DNA from: an uncultured Planctomycetaceae bacterium
GTDB lineage: Bacteria; Planctomycetota; Planctomycetia; Planctomycetales; Planctomycetaceae
Direction of reading: 5' to 3'
Assembly: GCA_963976765.1 (NCBI GenBank)
Contig: CAXBME010000043.1
Span: 1 to 50,581, forward strand
DNA length: 50,581 bases
The notes under the pieces were generated by a model that saw nothing but the letters and a program-made list of their open reading frames with translations, was not told the origin of the DNA and did not search any database. This document shows positions 9,242-19,480 of this stretch, in pieces. Every line of letters begins with the position of its first letter. Position 1 is the stretch's first letter. The position numbers and the translations under genes are program-made.

Positions 9242-12200
9242 TTATTTCAGCGAGGCCAGCCATGCCAGAAGGTCGGCGGCCTGTTGTGCCGTCAGGTCAC
9301 GCAGCAGACGATCGGGCATCAGCGACTTTCGCTGAGGGAAGATTCCGTCGACGTGCTTTGTTTCAAATCGACTCTGTTTACCCTGCGTGTCGAGAATAAC
9401 GATCTCTTCCTCGTTCCGACTGACAAGGAGTCCCGTGAAGACCTTGCCTTCGTCCGTTTCGATCAGCCATGTGGCAAACTTTGGGTCAATCGTGCGCGAT
9501 GGATCGAGCAGGTTTTCCAGGATCTTATCCTTGCTCAACTTCTTGCCGATCTGAGTCAGGTCCGGTCCGAGTTGTTTGCCCTGCTTGCCGACACGATGGC
9601 AGTTGCGACACTGAATTCCTTCGCCTTTAAGGAACAGTTGCTGACCACGAGCGGCGTCACCGGCGAGTTGCATTAGGTGACCGGCGTCGATCGAATCGCC
9701 GAGTCGCTCGACTTTCTGATCATCAGGTAAGAGCGGTTCAAACAGGTCTCGCACAGCAATGCTCTCGTGACGCGTCGCAGCTTCGGTCACCGCCTTGCCG
9801 ACGTCTGCCGGTAATCGCCCGTCGTGTTCGGCACGGAGCAAGGAGATCGCTCCACGAGGATCGGCCAGTAGCTCCCTGATCAGTTGCTCGCGACGGCGGG
9901 CTCGCTGAGTTGCCCGAGCGGTTGATTCGGCAACAGCCTGTTCAGCGGCGGCGTCCATATCAGACTGACCTGGGACTGCCCGCTTGTCGCGTTCGGCGAT
10001 CTTGCGAGCGAGCGACCATCGCGTGAATGCGGCGTTTCTTTGTTCGCGATGCAGAACCGCCGGCTCATCCAGTTCAGCCAGTTCGTCGACCTTTTTCGCA
10101 ATGTCCATGTCTGGTGGCAGCAGATGAATCCAGTCGTGGATCAGTGACAGCCCTCGCTGATCGACATTTTGAGAACCCAGGTGAGGCATGTGGCCGGGGC
10201 CGGACTTCGCCATTCGAAAATAAAGAACGGACCGGTACGGATCTGTGGGAGCGATGATCATCGCATCGTGAATTCCGAACGTTCCCTGAGTGGGACGCGT
10301 GGCGACGGCCTCGGTCTCGTGAATCGGCATGTCGAACGGAAGGTAAATTTTTGCCGCTCCGCCACCGTTGAAACGATGGCAGTGAGCACAGTTGACGTGC
10401 AGGTAGGATCTCGCACGCCTGCCGAGATCAACAGACTCGTCGAATGGATCAACCAGTTGCGGTTGCTCGTTGATCGGTGGAGCCGGCTCGGCCACGGCAA
10501 ACGGATCATCGGTCGGCAGGTTCTGCGGCGCTTCGTGAAAGACGCCGATCCGCTGAAGAGTTGCCAGTTGATTCTCGCCGGTTTGTTCGTCAGGGCGATT
10601 CAGCTGAGCGACGTTGAACGCCAGTGAGAATTCAGCCCAGGGATTGTGACACCGGATGCACTCCATGCGTGATGGAAATTTCCAGGTTTGACGTCGGCTG
10701 CCACCGGGAGCAGTTTTGTCATTGATTTCGAAAGTTGCCGCCGCGCCGCCAGCTTCGACAAGTTCGGCGTCGGTCTGGGAAGCGTTCCAGCGGTAGCTGT
10801 AGCCTCGCCAGTCGTACCCGTTGTAATGAAGAATTTGCGTTTCAATTTTCCGCTGCGTCTCGGGTTCGCCGCGAACCATTTCAAGTGACAGCGTTTTCAT
10901 CAGCACCGCGTCGCTGGGGAAATCCATCGTTCGTTTGAACATGGACCCGTCGACGCTGGTCGGGCGATTCTGCAAACCGATCGAGCTGTTGCCGGGCAGA
11001 CCGAGCCATCGTTCGGCGGTCGCGTAGTCTGACCACTGAGCCGCCTGAATTGAAAACGGAACAATGCCATCGGCGGGTTCGTGGTTGCCGACAGAGCGAA
11101 ACAGTCCGGTCTCGCTCAGCCGTCGTGGAAAGGCTGTCTGAGTGTCGGCGACTTCGTTTCGAATCAGCTCGTGAATCGTGCCGCTGTCATGATCGAGCAG
11201 CAGCAATTCTCCGTCGTTGCGTTCCGCAAAACCGACGATGCGCACCGAGGGTTCGACCAGTTCGCGACGCTGACCGAATTGTTCACCGTCGACAGGAATG
11301 CCCCAGAAGCGTCGAGTCTCCCAGTCACCGAAGATGTAGTGACCTTTGAGCTCCGGCAGACGGTTGCCTCGGTATACGAAGCCGCCGGTGATAGATGCTC
11401 CTTCGGTATGAGGGATCTCGGCGACTGCCGGAACGATCGGCGTCGGGCCGGGGCGACGTTCTGTGTGTACTGGCTGCTGGCCTTCGAACAGGCTCCAGCC
11501 GAAGTTGTCACCCGCATTGACCTGGCAAACCAGCTCCCACAGTTCCCAGCCAACATCGCCGACCCACAACTTTCCCGTCTGGCGGTCGAAGCTCATCTTC
11601 CACGGATTACGCAGGCCGTACGCCCAGACTTCGCCGCGAGCCCCGTCGAATTTGACGAAAGGATTATCGACGGGGATAGAGTAGGCGCGGTCGGCCTGCG
11701 TCCGATCGACGTCGATTCTCAGTACCGAGGCCAGCAGGTCGCTGATGTCCTGCCCGGTGTTGAGGCCATCGGGAGGAAAAGCGGCGCCGGCGTCACCGGT
11801 CGAGACATACAGCATTCCGTCAGGACCGAACTTCAGGCAGCCCCCGTTATGCCCGCCCGCCTTCCAGGTGATGATCAGTTTTTCTGAATCGACAATCGCC
11901 TGTGGCGGATCGTTGCCGTCAACTTTGATTTCGACGACTCGCGTTCCGTCAGGAGTCTCAGCACCTTTGGGTTTTCGGTAATTGACCGTGTAGCAAATGT
12001 AGCACTGGCGAGTGCTCGCGAAGTCCGGATGAAATGTCAGGCCATAAACCGATCCGAATGTGGCCTGAGGTCCTTCGGTATCAATCGCGTTGAGCCGCTC
12101 GACCAGCTTGTTGACATCCAGAAAGAGGTCCGCCTGTCTGGAAGTCGGGTCGTTGGGGAACGAATAGATTTTCCCTTTCTGTTCAGCGACAAACAGCCGA

Positions 12201-12457
12201 TCTGTCGAAGGAGCGTTCGTCAAAACGGTCGGCTTTTCGAAGCTGAGCCCAGTGAAGACTCGCTGTGCCCGATACGGCAACGGTGGTTCTGGGCTGCCGT
12301 TCAATCGCGAAGTCGTCCACGGCTTGCGGGTTTCGACGTTCGTTGGGGGGCGGCTCACGTCGTCGTCGGCGAGCGACCCACTGCAAAATGCCAGGAGCAT
12401 GACCGCCAGTGTGGCGCGTGAGAGATTTGCGACGGAGAGTTTGTCTGTGATTTTCAT
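9242..12457 (-). CDS. PQQ-dependent glucose/sorbosone dehydrogenase-like domain fused to multiheme cytochrome c domains (PVC type)
   Basis: Signal peptide; HNGGCLKFGPDGMLYVSTGD and AYGLRNPWKMSFD GSDH motifs; three CxxCH motifs (CIRCH, CAHCH, CRNCH); C-terminal GPDLT...SLMP heme domain. Confidence 0.9.
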   Translation of the reverse strand: MKITDKLSVANLSRATLAVMLLAFCSGSLADDDVSRPPTNVETRKPWTTSRLNGSPEPPLPYRAQRVFTGLSFEKPTVLTNAPSTDRLFVAEQKGKIYSFPNDPTSRQADLFLDVNKLVERLNAIDTEGPQATFGSVYGLTFHPDFASTRQCYICYTVNYRKPKGAETPDGTRVVEIKVDGNDPPQAIVDSEKLIITWKAGGHNGGCLKFGPDGMLYVSTGDAGAAFPPDGLNTGQDISDLLASVLRIDVDRTQADRAYSIPVDNPFVKFDGARGEVWAYGLRNPWKMSFDRQTGKLWVGDVGWELWELVCQVNAGDNFGWSLFEGQQPVHTERRPGPTPIVPAVAEIPHTEGASITGGFVYRGNRLPELKGHYIFGDWETRRFWGIPVDGEQFGQRRELVEPSVRIVGFAERNDGELLLLDHDSGTIHELIRNEVADTQTAFPRRLSETGLFRSVGNHEPADGIVPFSIQAAQWSDYATAERWLGLPGNSSIGLQNRPTSVDGSMFKRTMDFPSDAVLMKTLSLEMVRGEPETQRKIETQILHYNGYDWRGYSYRWNASQTDAELVEAGGAAATFEINDKTAPGGSRRQTWKFPSRMECIRCHNPWAEFSLAFNVAQLNRPDEQTGENQLATLQRIGVFHEAPQNLPTDDPFAVAEPAPPINEQPQLVDPFDESVDLGRRARSYLHVNCAHCHRFNGGGAAKIYLPFDMPIHETEAVATRPTQGTFGIHDAMIIAPTDPYRSVLYFRMAKSGPGHMPHLGSQNVDQRGLSLIHDWIHLLPPDMDIAKKVDELAELDEPAVLHREQRNAAFTRWSLARKIAERDKRAVPGQSDMDAAAEQAVAESTARATQRARRREQLIRELLADPRGAISLLRAEHDGRLPADVGKAVTEAATRHESIAVRDLFEPLLPDDQKVERLGDSIDAGHLMQLAGDAARGQQLFLKGEGIQCRNCHRVGKQGKQLGPDLTQIGKKLSKDKILENLLDPSRTIDPKFATWLIETDEGKVFTGLLVSRNEEEIVILDTQGKQSRFETKHVDGIFPQRKSLMPDRLLRDLTAQQAADLLAWLASLK

Positions 12458-12630
12458 AGCTGAGGATTTTACTGTCGTCCTCAGTCAGAAATCATTCAAC
12501 AAGGCTGGTTGCCTGTCAGTTCATACCTGGATTCTCGACGGGAACCATCGAACCGCGTGGAAGCAATCCGCCCAGGGAAGAGAATTCATGAAAACCGCCG
12601 GCGCCGTTCCTTACCTTGAAACCTGCTGGG

Positions 12631-13446
12631 TCACGCTTCGGCGGCTGCTCGCATTTTTTCAAGGCCGAGTCTGGCGACTTCGAGCGGATCCTGTTCCCAG
12701 AGAGCTCGGTTGAAAAGTTCCAGCGACAACCAGTTGTCGTAGCCGACTTTTCGCAGCATGTCGCAGTAAAGTTTCAGATCGATGACCCCGTCGCCAGGCA
12801 TGACTCGGTCGGGGTCGCGTTGAGTTGACGGCGGTGGATCGGCGGGAGCGTCGTTGAAGTGCGACATGGCGATCTGGTTGGCGGTCAGCTTGCTGATTGA
12901 CTCGATCGGTCCGCCGCCGACGTAGCAGTGGAACGGGTCGAGGATGACCGTCGCGTCGGAGTCGCCGCAGTTTTCCATGATGCCGAGTGCGTCTTCGATC
13001 GTCTTGAAATCTTCGACGAAGCCGAGGTATTCGATCGACGGTTTCACTCCAAACTGGCGTCCGAGTTCCAGGAGTTCGCGGTAATGTCTGGCTCCGAGTT
13101 CCCGATCCGCCTGCACATGCGGCGGGCCGGCGACGCTGTGAGACGCTCCGACAGCGGCGGCAATTTCGAGCTTTCTTCTGGCTTCGTCCATCGCCTGCTG
13201 GTGAGGTTCGCCCGCTGGCTGAAACCACCCGTGGATGTGGATCGTTGTGGGCACGGCCAGGCCAGCATCATCGACAGCTTTGCGGATGTCAGTGACGCTG
13301 CCGCCAGCTTCAACGTGAGCGTCGATATCGTCGTGCCAGAGTTCAATGCCGACATAACCAGCCTTCGCGGCGATCTCGATCTTCTGAAGAATCGGGACGG
13401 GCTTGATCGTGCTTGAGTTCAGACAGTATTGAAATCCGGTCGCCAT
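12631..13446 (-). CDS. Sugar phosphate isomerase/epimerase (xylose-isomerase-like TIM barrel, IolE/IolI-like)
   Basis: AGYVGIELW, SIE, LDPFH, HFND, RVMPGDG and SLELF metal-binding motifs; AGGA upstream of ATG 13446. Confidence 0.9.
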   Translation of the reverse strand: MATGFQYCLNSSTIKPVPILQKIEIAAKAGYVGIELWHDDIDAHVEAGGSVTDIRKAVDDAGLAVPTTIHIHGWFQPAGEPHQQAMDEARRKLEIAAAVGASHSVAGPPHVQADRELGARHYRELLELGRQFGVKPSIEYLGFVEDFKTIEDALGIMENCGDSDATVILDPFHCYVGGGPIESISKLTANQIAMSHFNDAPADPPPSTQRDPDRVMPGDGVIDLKLYCDMLRKVGYDNWLSLELFNRALWEQDPLEVARLGLEKMRAAAEA

Positions 13447-13552
13447 GTAGTCGGTCCTGCGGTTTGAATTGTGATCTGTCATTCTGTTCGGACGCGGAGT
13501 CGTGGTAACGTACCGGCGACAGCGGCGTCAGGCAATTCGTTGAAACTGGACA

Positions 13553-15103
13553 GTGCGTCAGATGAAACCTCAACTCTTACACCTCGGCCTGTTGGCAACG
13601 TTGCTGGTTGTGCCCGGTTGTGGATCTGATCCTGAGACTCCGGAGTCTGAAAAAGCTCGCAGAGCGGTCGAGACGCTGACACGTGACGAGCCTGTTTCCG
13701 GAGCAGACGCGTCTGCAAGCGACGAAGCACCGCCGCATCAGTCTGAGCCGTCGCTGACAGGTGACGAAGTCGTGACAGTGGGTTCACAGGCCGTGGAGAT
13801 TCCTGCGACCGCCAAACCCGTTTATCGAATGTCGTACGTTCGCCCGGAAGTCAGCGAGCAGGTGTTGCGTCGAAACGGTCTGATGCGGTTTCGGTTGAAG
13901 CATCTTGATTTGATCACCGATCTCACGCCGGATATTTACGAACCGTTGCTTCCCTTGCCGGATGCCATGCTGGCAACGTGGGAAGAGTTTTTTGGAGAAC
14001 TGCCTCCGGCGGCGGACGGTTCTGATTATCGAGTCACTGGTTACTTGATGCGCGATCGGGAATTGTTTCTGGCGGCGGGGCTGGTCAGGGAAAATACGCT
14101 GCTGAGTTATCACGGTCGCCAGATCGGGGCTGAGTTCTGGCTGAACGATCAGAGCTGGGATTACTACCGTCGGCATCTTCTGCTGCACGAAGCCACGCAC
14201 GCCTTCATGCGGCATCTGCCTGGCGAGGCGGTCGATCTGCCGCTGTGGTATCTCGAAGGCATGGCCGAAATGCTGGCGACGCACCGGCTGGCCGAAGACG
14301 GAACCGTCGAGTTCAACGTCATGCCTGTTGACCGAAGCCGCTTTCACGGTTTTGAGCGAATCGCCATCGTACAGCGGGATGTCAAAGCAAATGGAGTTCG
14401 ACCGCTGTCAGCGATTACACAGTTAAGTGCCGAAGATTTTACGAAGGTGGAATCGTATGCCTGGTGCTGGGCGCTGTGTCGTTTTCTGGATTCTCATCCG
14501 AAGTACCATGACCGGTTCCGCAGGATCGCTCGTGAGCTGATGACTGTTCCTTTCCGGCAGAACATGGCGGTGATGTACGCTCCGGATATGAAGCAGCTTC
14601 AGACTGAGTGGCTGCTCTTTGCGGCGAACGTCGAACATGGTTTTGATTTTGAACGCGCGGAGGTTGAGTTTTTAGACGGGCGACCGATTATTGGGCGGAG
14701 CGAGGCTGTGGTACGAAGTGATCGAGGCTGGCAGTCCTCTGAGATTCTGGTCGAAGGGGGCAAGCGGTATCGGGTCACGGCGACCGGCGAATTCACTCTG
14801 GCAGATTTGCCGAAACCCTGGATCAGCGAAGCTAACGGAGTTTCGATTCGTTATGCACGCGGTCGACCGCTCGGGCAACTACAGGCAAGCGTTCTTTCTG
14901 TGGACACCGCTGACGGACCGCCGGGGGCGTCGATGCTGCGAGAGGTGGCTTTGGGGAATGAGGCCGTTTTCGAAGCGACCGATTCCGGGACGCTTTATCT
15001 GAGAATCAATGATGACTGGGGCGAACTCGCTGACAACCGCGGTTCGTTGTCCGTGACGGTCGAGCCGATCCTCGACGCTGTCGACCAGGCGACGGGAAGG
15101 TGA
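13553..15103 (+). CDS. Lipoprotein with HExxH gluzincin/DUF1570-like domain and C-terminal PA-IL/LecA-like beta-sandwich
   Basis: Lipobox-like VVPGC; LHEATH...PLWYLEGMAE; C-terminal RGWQSS...YLRIND...DNRGSLSV. Confidence 0.75.
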   Translation: MRQMKPQLLHLGLLATLLVVPGCGSDPETPESEKARRAVETLTRDEPVSGADASASDEAPPHQSEPSLTGDEVVTVGSQAVEIPATAKPVYRMSYVRPEVSEQVLRRNGLMRFRLKHLDLITDLTPDIYEPLLPLPDAMLATWEEFFGELPPAADGSDYRVTGYLMRDRELFLAAGLVRENTLLSYHGRQIGAEFWLNDQSWDYYRRHLLLHEATHAFMRHLPGEAVDLPLWYLEGMAEMLATHRLAEDGTVEFNVMPVDRSRFHGFERIAIVQRDVKANGVRPLSAITQLSAEDFTKVESYAWCWALCRFLDSHPKYHDRFRRIARELMTVPFRQNMAVMYAPDMKQLQTEWLLFAANVEHGFDFERAEVEFLDGRPIIGRSEAVVRSDRGWQSSEILVEGGKRYRVTATGEFTLADLPKPWISEANGVSIRYARGRPLGQLQASVLSVDTADGPPGASMLREVALGNEAVFEATDSGTLYLRINDDWGELADNRGSLSVTVEPILDAVDQATGR

Positions 15104-15156
15104 TACCGTCCGTCGATTCGTTTGGTCTTTGTCTATACCGACGGAACCGACGAAGG

Positions 15157-15237
15157 CTCATGCGAAGGCGCAAAGACGCGAAGTCGTACGACCGATGGCA
15201 GGACTCTTTTCTTAGCGTCTTCGCGGCTTAATGCGAG
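15157..15237. repeat. Short imperfect inverted-repeat element (MITE/REP-like, AAAGACGC type)
   Basis: CTCATGCGAAGGCGCAAAGACGCGAAG (15157-15183) is an imperfect reverse complement of CTTAGCGTCTTCGCGGCTTAATGCGAG (15211-15237). Confidence 0.55.
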
Positions 15238-15299
15238 AAAAGTCTGACTGGTGGGCAATGCTCACCCTACGGGTTAGTTCATACTCTGAGAGATTTTCC

Positions 15300-17294
15300 G
15301 TGAGTGCTCAGTGGATAACGTGGAACAGTCTGCCGTGGCTGCAACAGGCCGATGAGAATGGGACGACAGTCCAGCTTGGCGATCGGATTCTGCAAAGTGT
15401 TTCCAGTTGCGAGTCGTTGAGCGATTTTCTCGCGACGGTGTTGCCGGACATCGCCTCCGAGTTTGCTGTGCAGTGGATTGGCGTGGTTGACCGATGGCCG
15501 CAGTGGTCGGTTCAGCACGAATTCGGTCGGCACCAGTTTGAGCATCTGCCGGTACGGTTCTTTGAGGAAGTTTTTGATCGCGATGCAGGCGGTGTCGCGA
15601 AAATGGACCAGCCGGCAGACTGGTCTGCTGTCGCGGTCCCACTTCAGAACGAAGCGAATAATCAGCGACTGCTGGTTCTGGCCGGGCGGCGAGTTGATTC
15701 TGCCGACGTCGGGCGAGTCGTCGCGCTGGCTCGCGTGTTTCAGTATTGCCTGGCCATGGCGACTGGGTGCGAGCGAGCGACGAATCAGTCAGGACGGCTG
15801 CGGGAAACCCTGCGCGTGGCGTATCGGCTGTCGGAAATTTTCGAAACCGTGCCATTGCTCGACGCTCTGGCTGAAGAAGCAACAAGAATTCTCGACTGCG
15901 ACCGCGCGAGTATTTTTATCTGGGATCAGCCGAACAAAAAGTTGCTGGCCTGTCCAGCGCTGGGAGTCGAAGGGGGCACGCTTTACATCCCGGACAACGC
16001 GGGGATTGTGGGAACGGTCATTCAGTCGGGGGAAACGATCCGCGTCGACGATGCTTACAACGACGACCGCTTTGACAGCAGCGTCGATAAGAAAAGCGGG
16101 TATCGCACGAAGACTCTGCTGGCGGTTCCACTGCTCGATGGTGATGGACGGCTGATTGGCTGTTTCGAAGGGATCAACAAGAACGACGGAGTCTTTGGCG
16201 CGGACGACGAAGATATTCTGGGGCAGCTGGGGATTCAGGCGGCGATCGCGTTGCGAAATACTCGCGAACGAGCTCGGTTGATCAGTACGCACCGGCAACT
16301 GACCGAGCAGATGGCGAGCAGCGTTCGGATCATCGGCGACAGTACCGCGACGGCGGCGGTCAGGGAGAAAATCGAACGGCTGGCTCCGACGGATCTTCCC
16401 GTGTTGATTCTCGGAGAAAGCGGAACGGGTAAAGAAGTGGCGGCGCAGTCGCTGCATTTTCACGGCCCGCGCGCGGACCAGGCCTTTGTTGCTGTGAACT
16501 GTGCAGCGTTGACCGAAACCTTGCTGGAGAGCGAACTGTTCGGGCATGAAAAGGGAGCGTTTACCGACGCGCAGGATACTCGCAAAGGAAAGTTTGAGCT
16601 GGCCGACGGCGGGACGATTTTTCTGGACGAGATTGGCGACATGAGTCCCGGTGGACAGGCCAAGATGTTGAGGGTGCTCGAGCAGAAAGTAATTACCCGA
16701 GTTGGCGGCAGCGTGCCGATTCCTGTCAATGTCCGAATTGTTGCGGCGACAAACGTGAATCTTGCCGAAGCGGTGCGAACGAAGAAGTTTCGTGAAGACC
16801 TGTACTACCGCCTGAATGTCGTGACGCTGGATCTGCCGCCGCTGCGGGACCGTCCTGAAGACATCATGGCTCTGGCGGAGTATTTCCTGCGTCAGTTCTG
16901 CCCCCAGGCCCGTCGACCGGTACTTGAATTCAGCGACGAAGCTCGACGTCGAGTGCTGACGCACGGCTGGCCAGGCAACGTCCGCGAACTTCGCAACCTG
17001 ATGGAACGTGTCGCATTTCTGAGCAGCGGCGAGAAGATCGAAGTGGAAGATCTGGCCTTCATCCTGAGTCCGCAGCAGAAGGATGAAGCCGAGCTGGGGA
17101 TCGATCTGGGACTCTCTCAGGCCACGTCGAGATTCCAGGGGCAGTACATCGAGCGAGCCGTCAAACGCGCCAGCGGAAACATGAGCGAAGCCGCCCGAAT
17201 GCTCGGCCTGCACCGATCTAACCTCTACCGCAAGATGCGACAGCTGGGCATGAACGTCCCGGACGAAGACGAGGGGGATGAGGATCAGGAATAG
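15300..17294 (+). CDS. Sigma-54-dependent Fis-family enhancer-binding protein with GAF domain
   Basis: GAF domain ([24 protein letters not shown]); [50 protein letters not shown]-terminal HTH. Start uncertain (15231, 15258 or GTG 15300). Confidence 0.95.
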   Translation: MSAQWITWNSLPWLQQADENGTTVQLGDRILQSVSSCESLSDFLATVLPDIASEFAVQWIGVVDRWPQWSVQHEFGRHQFEHLPVRFFEEVFDRDAGGVAKMDQPADWSAVAVPLQNEANNQRLLVLAGRRVDSADVGRVVALARVFQYCLAMATGCERATNQSGRLRETLRVAYRLSEIFETVPLLDALAEEATRILDCDRASIFIWDQPNKKLLACPALGVEGGTLYIPDNAGIVGTVIQSGETIRVDDAYNDDRFDSSVDKKSGYRTKTLLAVPLLDGDGRLIGCFEGINKNDGVFGADDEDILGQLGIQAAIALRNTRERARLISTHRQLTEQMASSVRIIGDSTATAAVREKIERLAPTDLPVLILGESGTGKEVAAQSLHFHGPRADQAFVAVNCAALTETLLESELFGHEKGAFTDAQDTRKGKFELADGGTIFLDEIGDMSPGGQAKMLRVLEQKVITRVGGSVPIPVNVRIVAATNVNLAEAVRTKKFREDLYYRLNVVTLDLPPLRDRPEDIMALAEYFLRQFCPQARRPVLEFSDEARRRVLTHGWPGNVRELRNLMERVAFLSSGEKIEVEDLAFILSPQQKDEAELGIDLGLSQATSRFQGQYIERAVKRASGNMSEAARMLGLHRSNLYRKMRQLGMNVPDEDEGDEDQE

Positions 17295-17340
17295 AACAGG
17301 TCGCGGAAGAATTCGAAACGTGCCGATCGGACACCGCTGA

Positions 17341-19224
17341 TCAGCCTTCGATGTTAACCTTGTTCGAAACAACTTCGGGAGTTTCCGGTTGCAGCCGATT
17401 TGGGAACCGTGAATTCCGTTTCTCGACATGTAGCGTGAACGGTGGCTTGAGCTGGCCGACGGGGCCGACAAGACGAGCACTGAACTTCGACTCTGCTCCT
17501 GGCTCAAGCCGCTGCAAAGTGAATTTGACGTCAAATTCGTATTGCTTTCCGTCGGAGGTTTCCGCCACCAGCATGTAATAACCAGCCAGGTCAATCTGTT
17601 GCTGAAGGTCGAAGTCAACGGTCAGCGTGGCAAAGGGGCTGGAACCTTGTTCAAACACCGGATTTGCCAGGGCCAGCAGCTTGCCCTGAGCGGCGGCGCC
17701 AGCCAGTTCGCGTATGGTGGGAGGTCGTTGAGCGGCAGTCGCTGGGCCGTCCAGAGCCAGCTCGCCCGAGACATACTTCCATTTTCTTCCACCGGAATTG
17801 ATTGCGATCGTCGCCACAAAATCGTTGCCAAGTCCCAGTGCCGGGGAGATTCCAAAGTCAATCGTGCCGCTGGCTTTCAGATCGACAGAGATGTCGGAAT
17901 ATTGCGTGAACGATCCACCCCCGAGCGATTTGGAAACATGCAGCACATACTTCTCGCTCGACGAAGGCGAGCCCGCAGCAACTTGATAGTCAATCTGAAA
18001 CCGGCGATTGATTGATCCAAATCCCTGCTGCGGAGCGGTTCTGAAGTTTGACAGTACAACCCACAGGCTGCCGTTGGGATCAGCGTTGTCAAGTGGCGGA
18101 ACTGGCCTGGTTTCGGGAGCTGCCTGGTCGGAATTCGTCGGCTGAGTAGTGGCTGTATTGTTGGTCGGTTGATTGACGATCACTGGTCGAGTTGGTGTCA
18201 GATCGGCGACATCGACGGAATTCGGATTGGGAAACTGCTGCGGCCGGATGTTTGGATTCGCCGGCTCAGGAACGATCGCTGGATTGTTCTGTCCGAACTG
18301 CGGTTGGGGTTTTCTGTCGGCAAACAGGCCAATGACGCCACCGACGATCGCCGCGAACACTGGCAGGCCAATGAACAGAAGTCCGAAAGCGATTACGATT
18401 CTCAGCGGCGTGATCATTCCTTTTTTCGGTTTGCTTTTTCGCTGCAAGGCTGATGAGCGACGTGTGGTTGTCGGCTGTTCCCAGTCGTCACCATAGCCAT
18501 CATCGTCGTCGTAGTCGTTGTGCGAGTCGCTGGCCCACTCGTCGTCGCCGTCCAGCCAGACGTCGGCTTCTGGAACGGTAATTCTGGAACCGCAGCCAGG
18601 GCAACTGCCGGACTTTCCGGCCATCGCAGCCTTTGCTTTGAATTGTTTGCCGCAGTTTTCACAGTCGACTGGAATGCGGTCGTCGACTGAGGCGACGGGG
18701 TGGCTTTTCGACGGAGCTTTGCGGCGTCCAGGCAGCGGCTCGCCTGTTTCGGCTCGGACTGCCAGTTCCAGGCGAGCCATCGTTTCCAACTGCTCGGACG
18801 GGACTTCCGGATCCGGGCCGCTGAAGAGCCCCGAAAGGTTTTTTCCAATCTGGATCGGTGTGAAGATGACTCCCCACGGGAATCCCCACCAGCCGAACAG
18901 ACTCGATGTAACCAGGCCTGTCAGTTGCTTCTGCCGACCGCATGATCGACAGCAGACATGCGGTGTACTCCGCCACGTTGTCATTACGAGGATGGACCAG
19001 ACGGTGTGCGAGGTGTGAACGTCGACCGGTCCGGGACCATTGCACTGTGGGCATTGCCCCTGGTGAAGCTCGTCAATGGCGGCGTCAACGGCGTGCTGAG
19101 GAAGTCGATCGGCGGCCAGCAGCAGTCGACCTTCCTGCAGGCAGTTATCATTGCAGAACGTCCGGCCAGACTTCTTCTTGCCGCCGAACAGAATTAAGGA
19201 TTTGCAGTAATCGCAGCTCGCCAT
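17341..19224 (-). CDS. Cys-rich zinc-ribbon membrane protein with duplicated C-terminal extracytoplasmic domain
   Basis: GGAG before ATG 19224; CDYC, CNDNC, CPQC, CRSC, WWGFPWG membrane segment; CENC/CPGC zinc ribbon; acidic linker; TM helix; Pro/Asn/Gln linker; two similar C-terminal halves. Confidence 0.75.
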   Translation of the reverse strand: MASCDYCKSLILFGGKKKSGRTFCNDNCLQEGRLLLAADRLPQHAVDAAIDELHQGQCPQCNGPGPVDVHTSHTVWSILVMTTWRSTPHVCCRSCGRQKQLTGLVTSSLFGWWGFPWGVIFTPIQIGKNLSGLFSGPDPEVPSEQLETMARLELAVRAETGEPLPGRRKAPSKSHPVASVDDRIPVDCENCGKQFKAKAAMAGKSGSCPGCGSRITVPEADVWLDGDDEWASDSHNDYDDDDGYGDDWEQPTTTRRSSALQRKSKPKKGMITPLRIVIAFGLLFIGLPVFAAIVGGVIGLFADRKPQPQFGQNNPAIVPEPANPNIRPQQFPNPNSVDVADLTPTRPVIVNQPTNNTATTQPTNSDQAAPETRPVPPLDNADPNGSLWVVLSNFRTAPQQGFGSINRRFQIDYQVAAGSPSSSEKYVLHVSKSLGGGSFTQYSDISVDLKASGTIDFGISPALGLGNDFVATIAINSGGRKWKYVSGELALDGPATAAQRPPTIRELAGAAAQGKLLALANPVFEQGSSPFATLTVDFDLQQQIDLAGYYMLVAETSDGKQYEFDVKFTLQRLEPGAESKFSARLVGPVGQLKPPFTLHVEKRNSRFPNRLQPETPEVVSNKVNIEG

Positions 19225-19480
19225 CGCGATTTCTCCGTTGGGATCGCAGAAGTGAGGGCCGCTCACCGGGCAGATCATGCCATTGCGGCGAAGGTTTCGG
19301 AAGTGCTGACCGCCTCCCTGTCTTCGCTCGGTGGTCCGTAGTTTTCTGCGGCTGCTGACGATTGGCATCGTGAAACAGTTCCGCGAAAACCGCGTGAGCG
19401 GGAAGGGCGACAGCATTACATCCAGCGCGTTGGCCTCGGCATACGATGGAGAGGTTGTCCGCTCAAGGGGCGGTGCTGCG

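Noticed and set aside
16550..16572. GAFTDA instead of GAFTGA in the sigma-54 activator
   Set aside because: A common natural variant in enhancer-binding proteins, so not evidence of novelty.
15789..17618. 609-aa minus-strand ORF
   Set aside because: Antisense shadow of the well-supported sigma-54 activator, with no motifs of its own.
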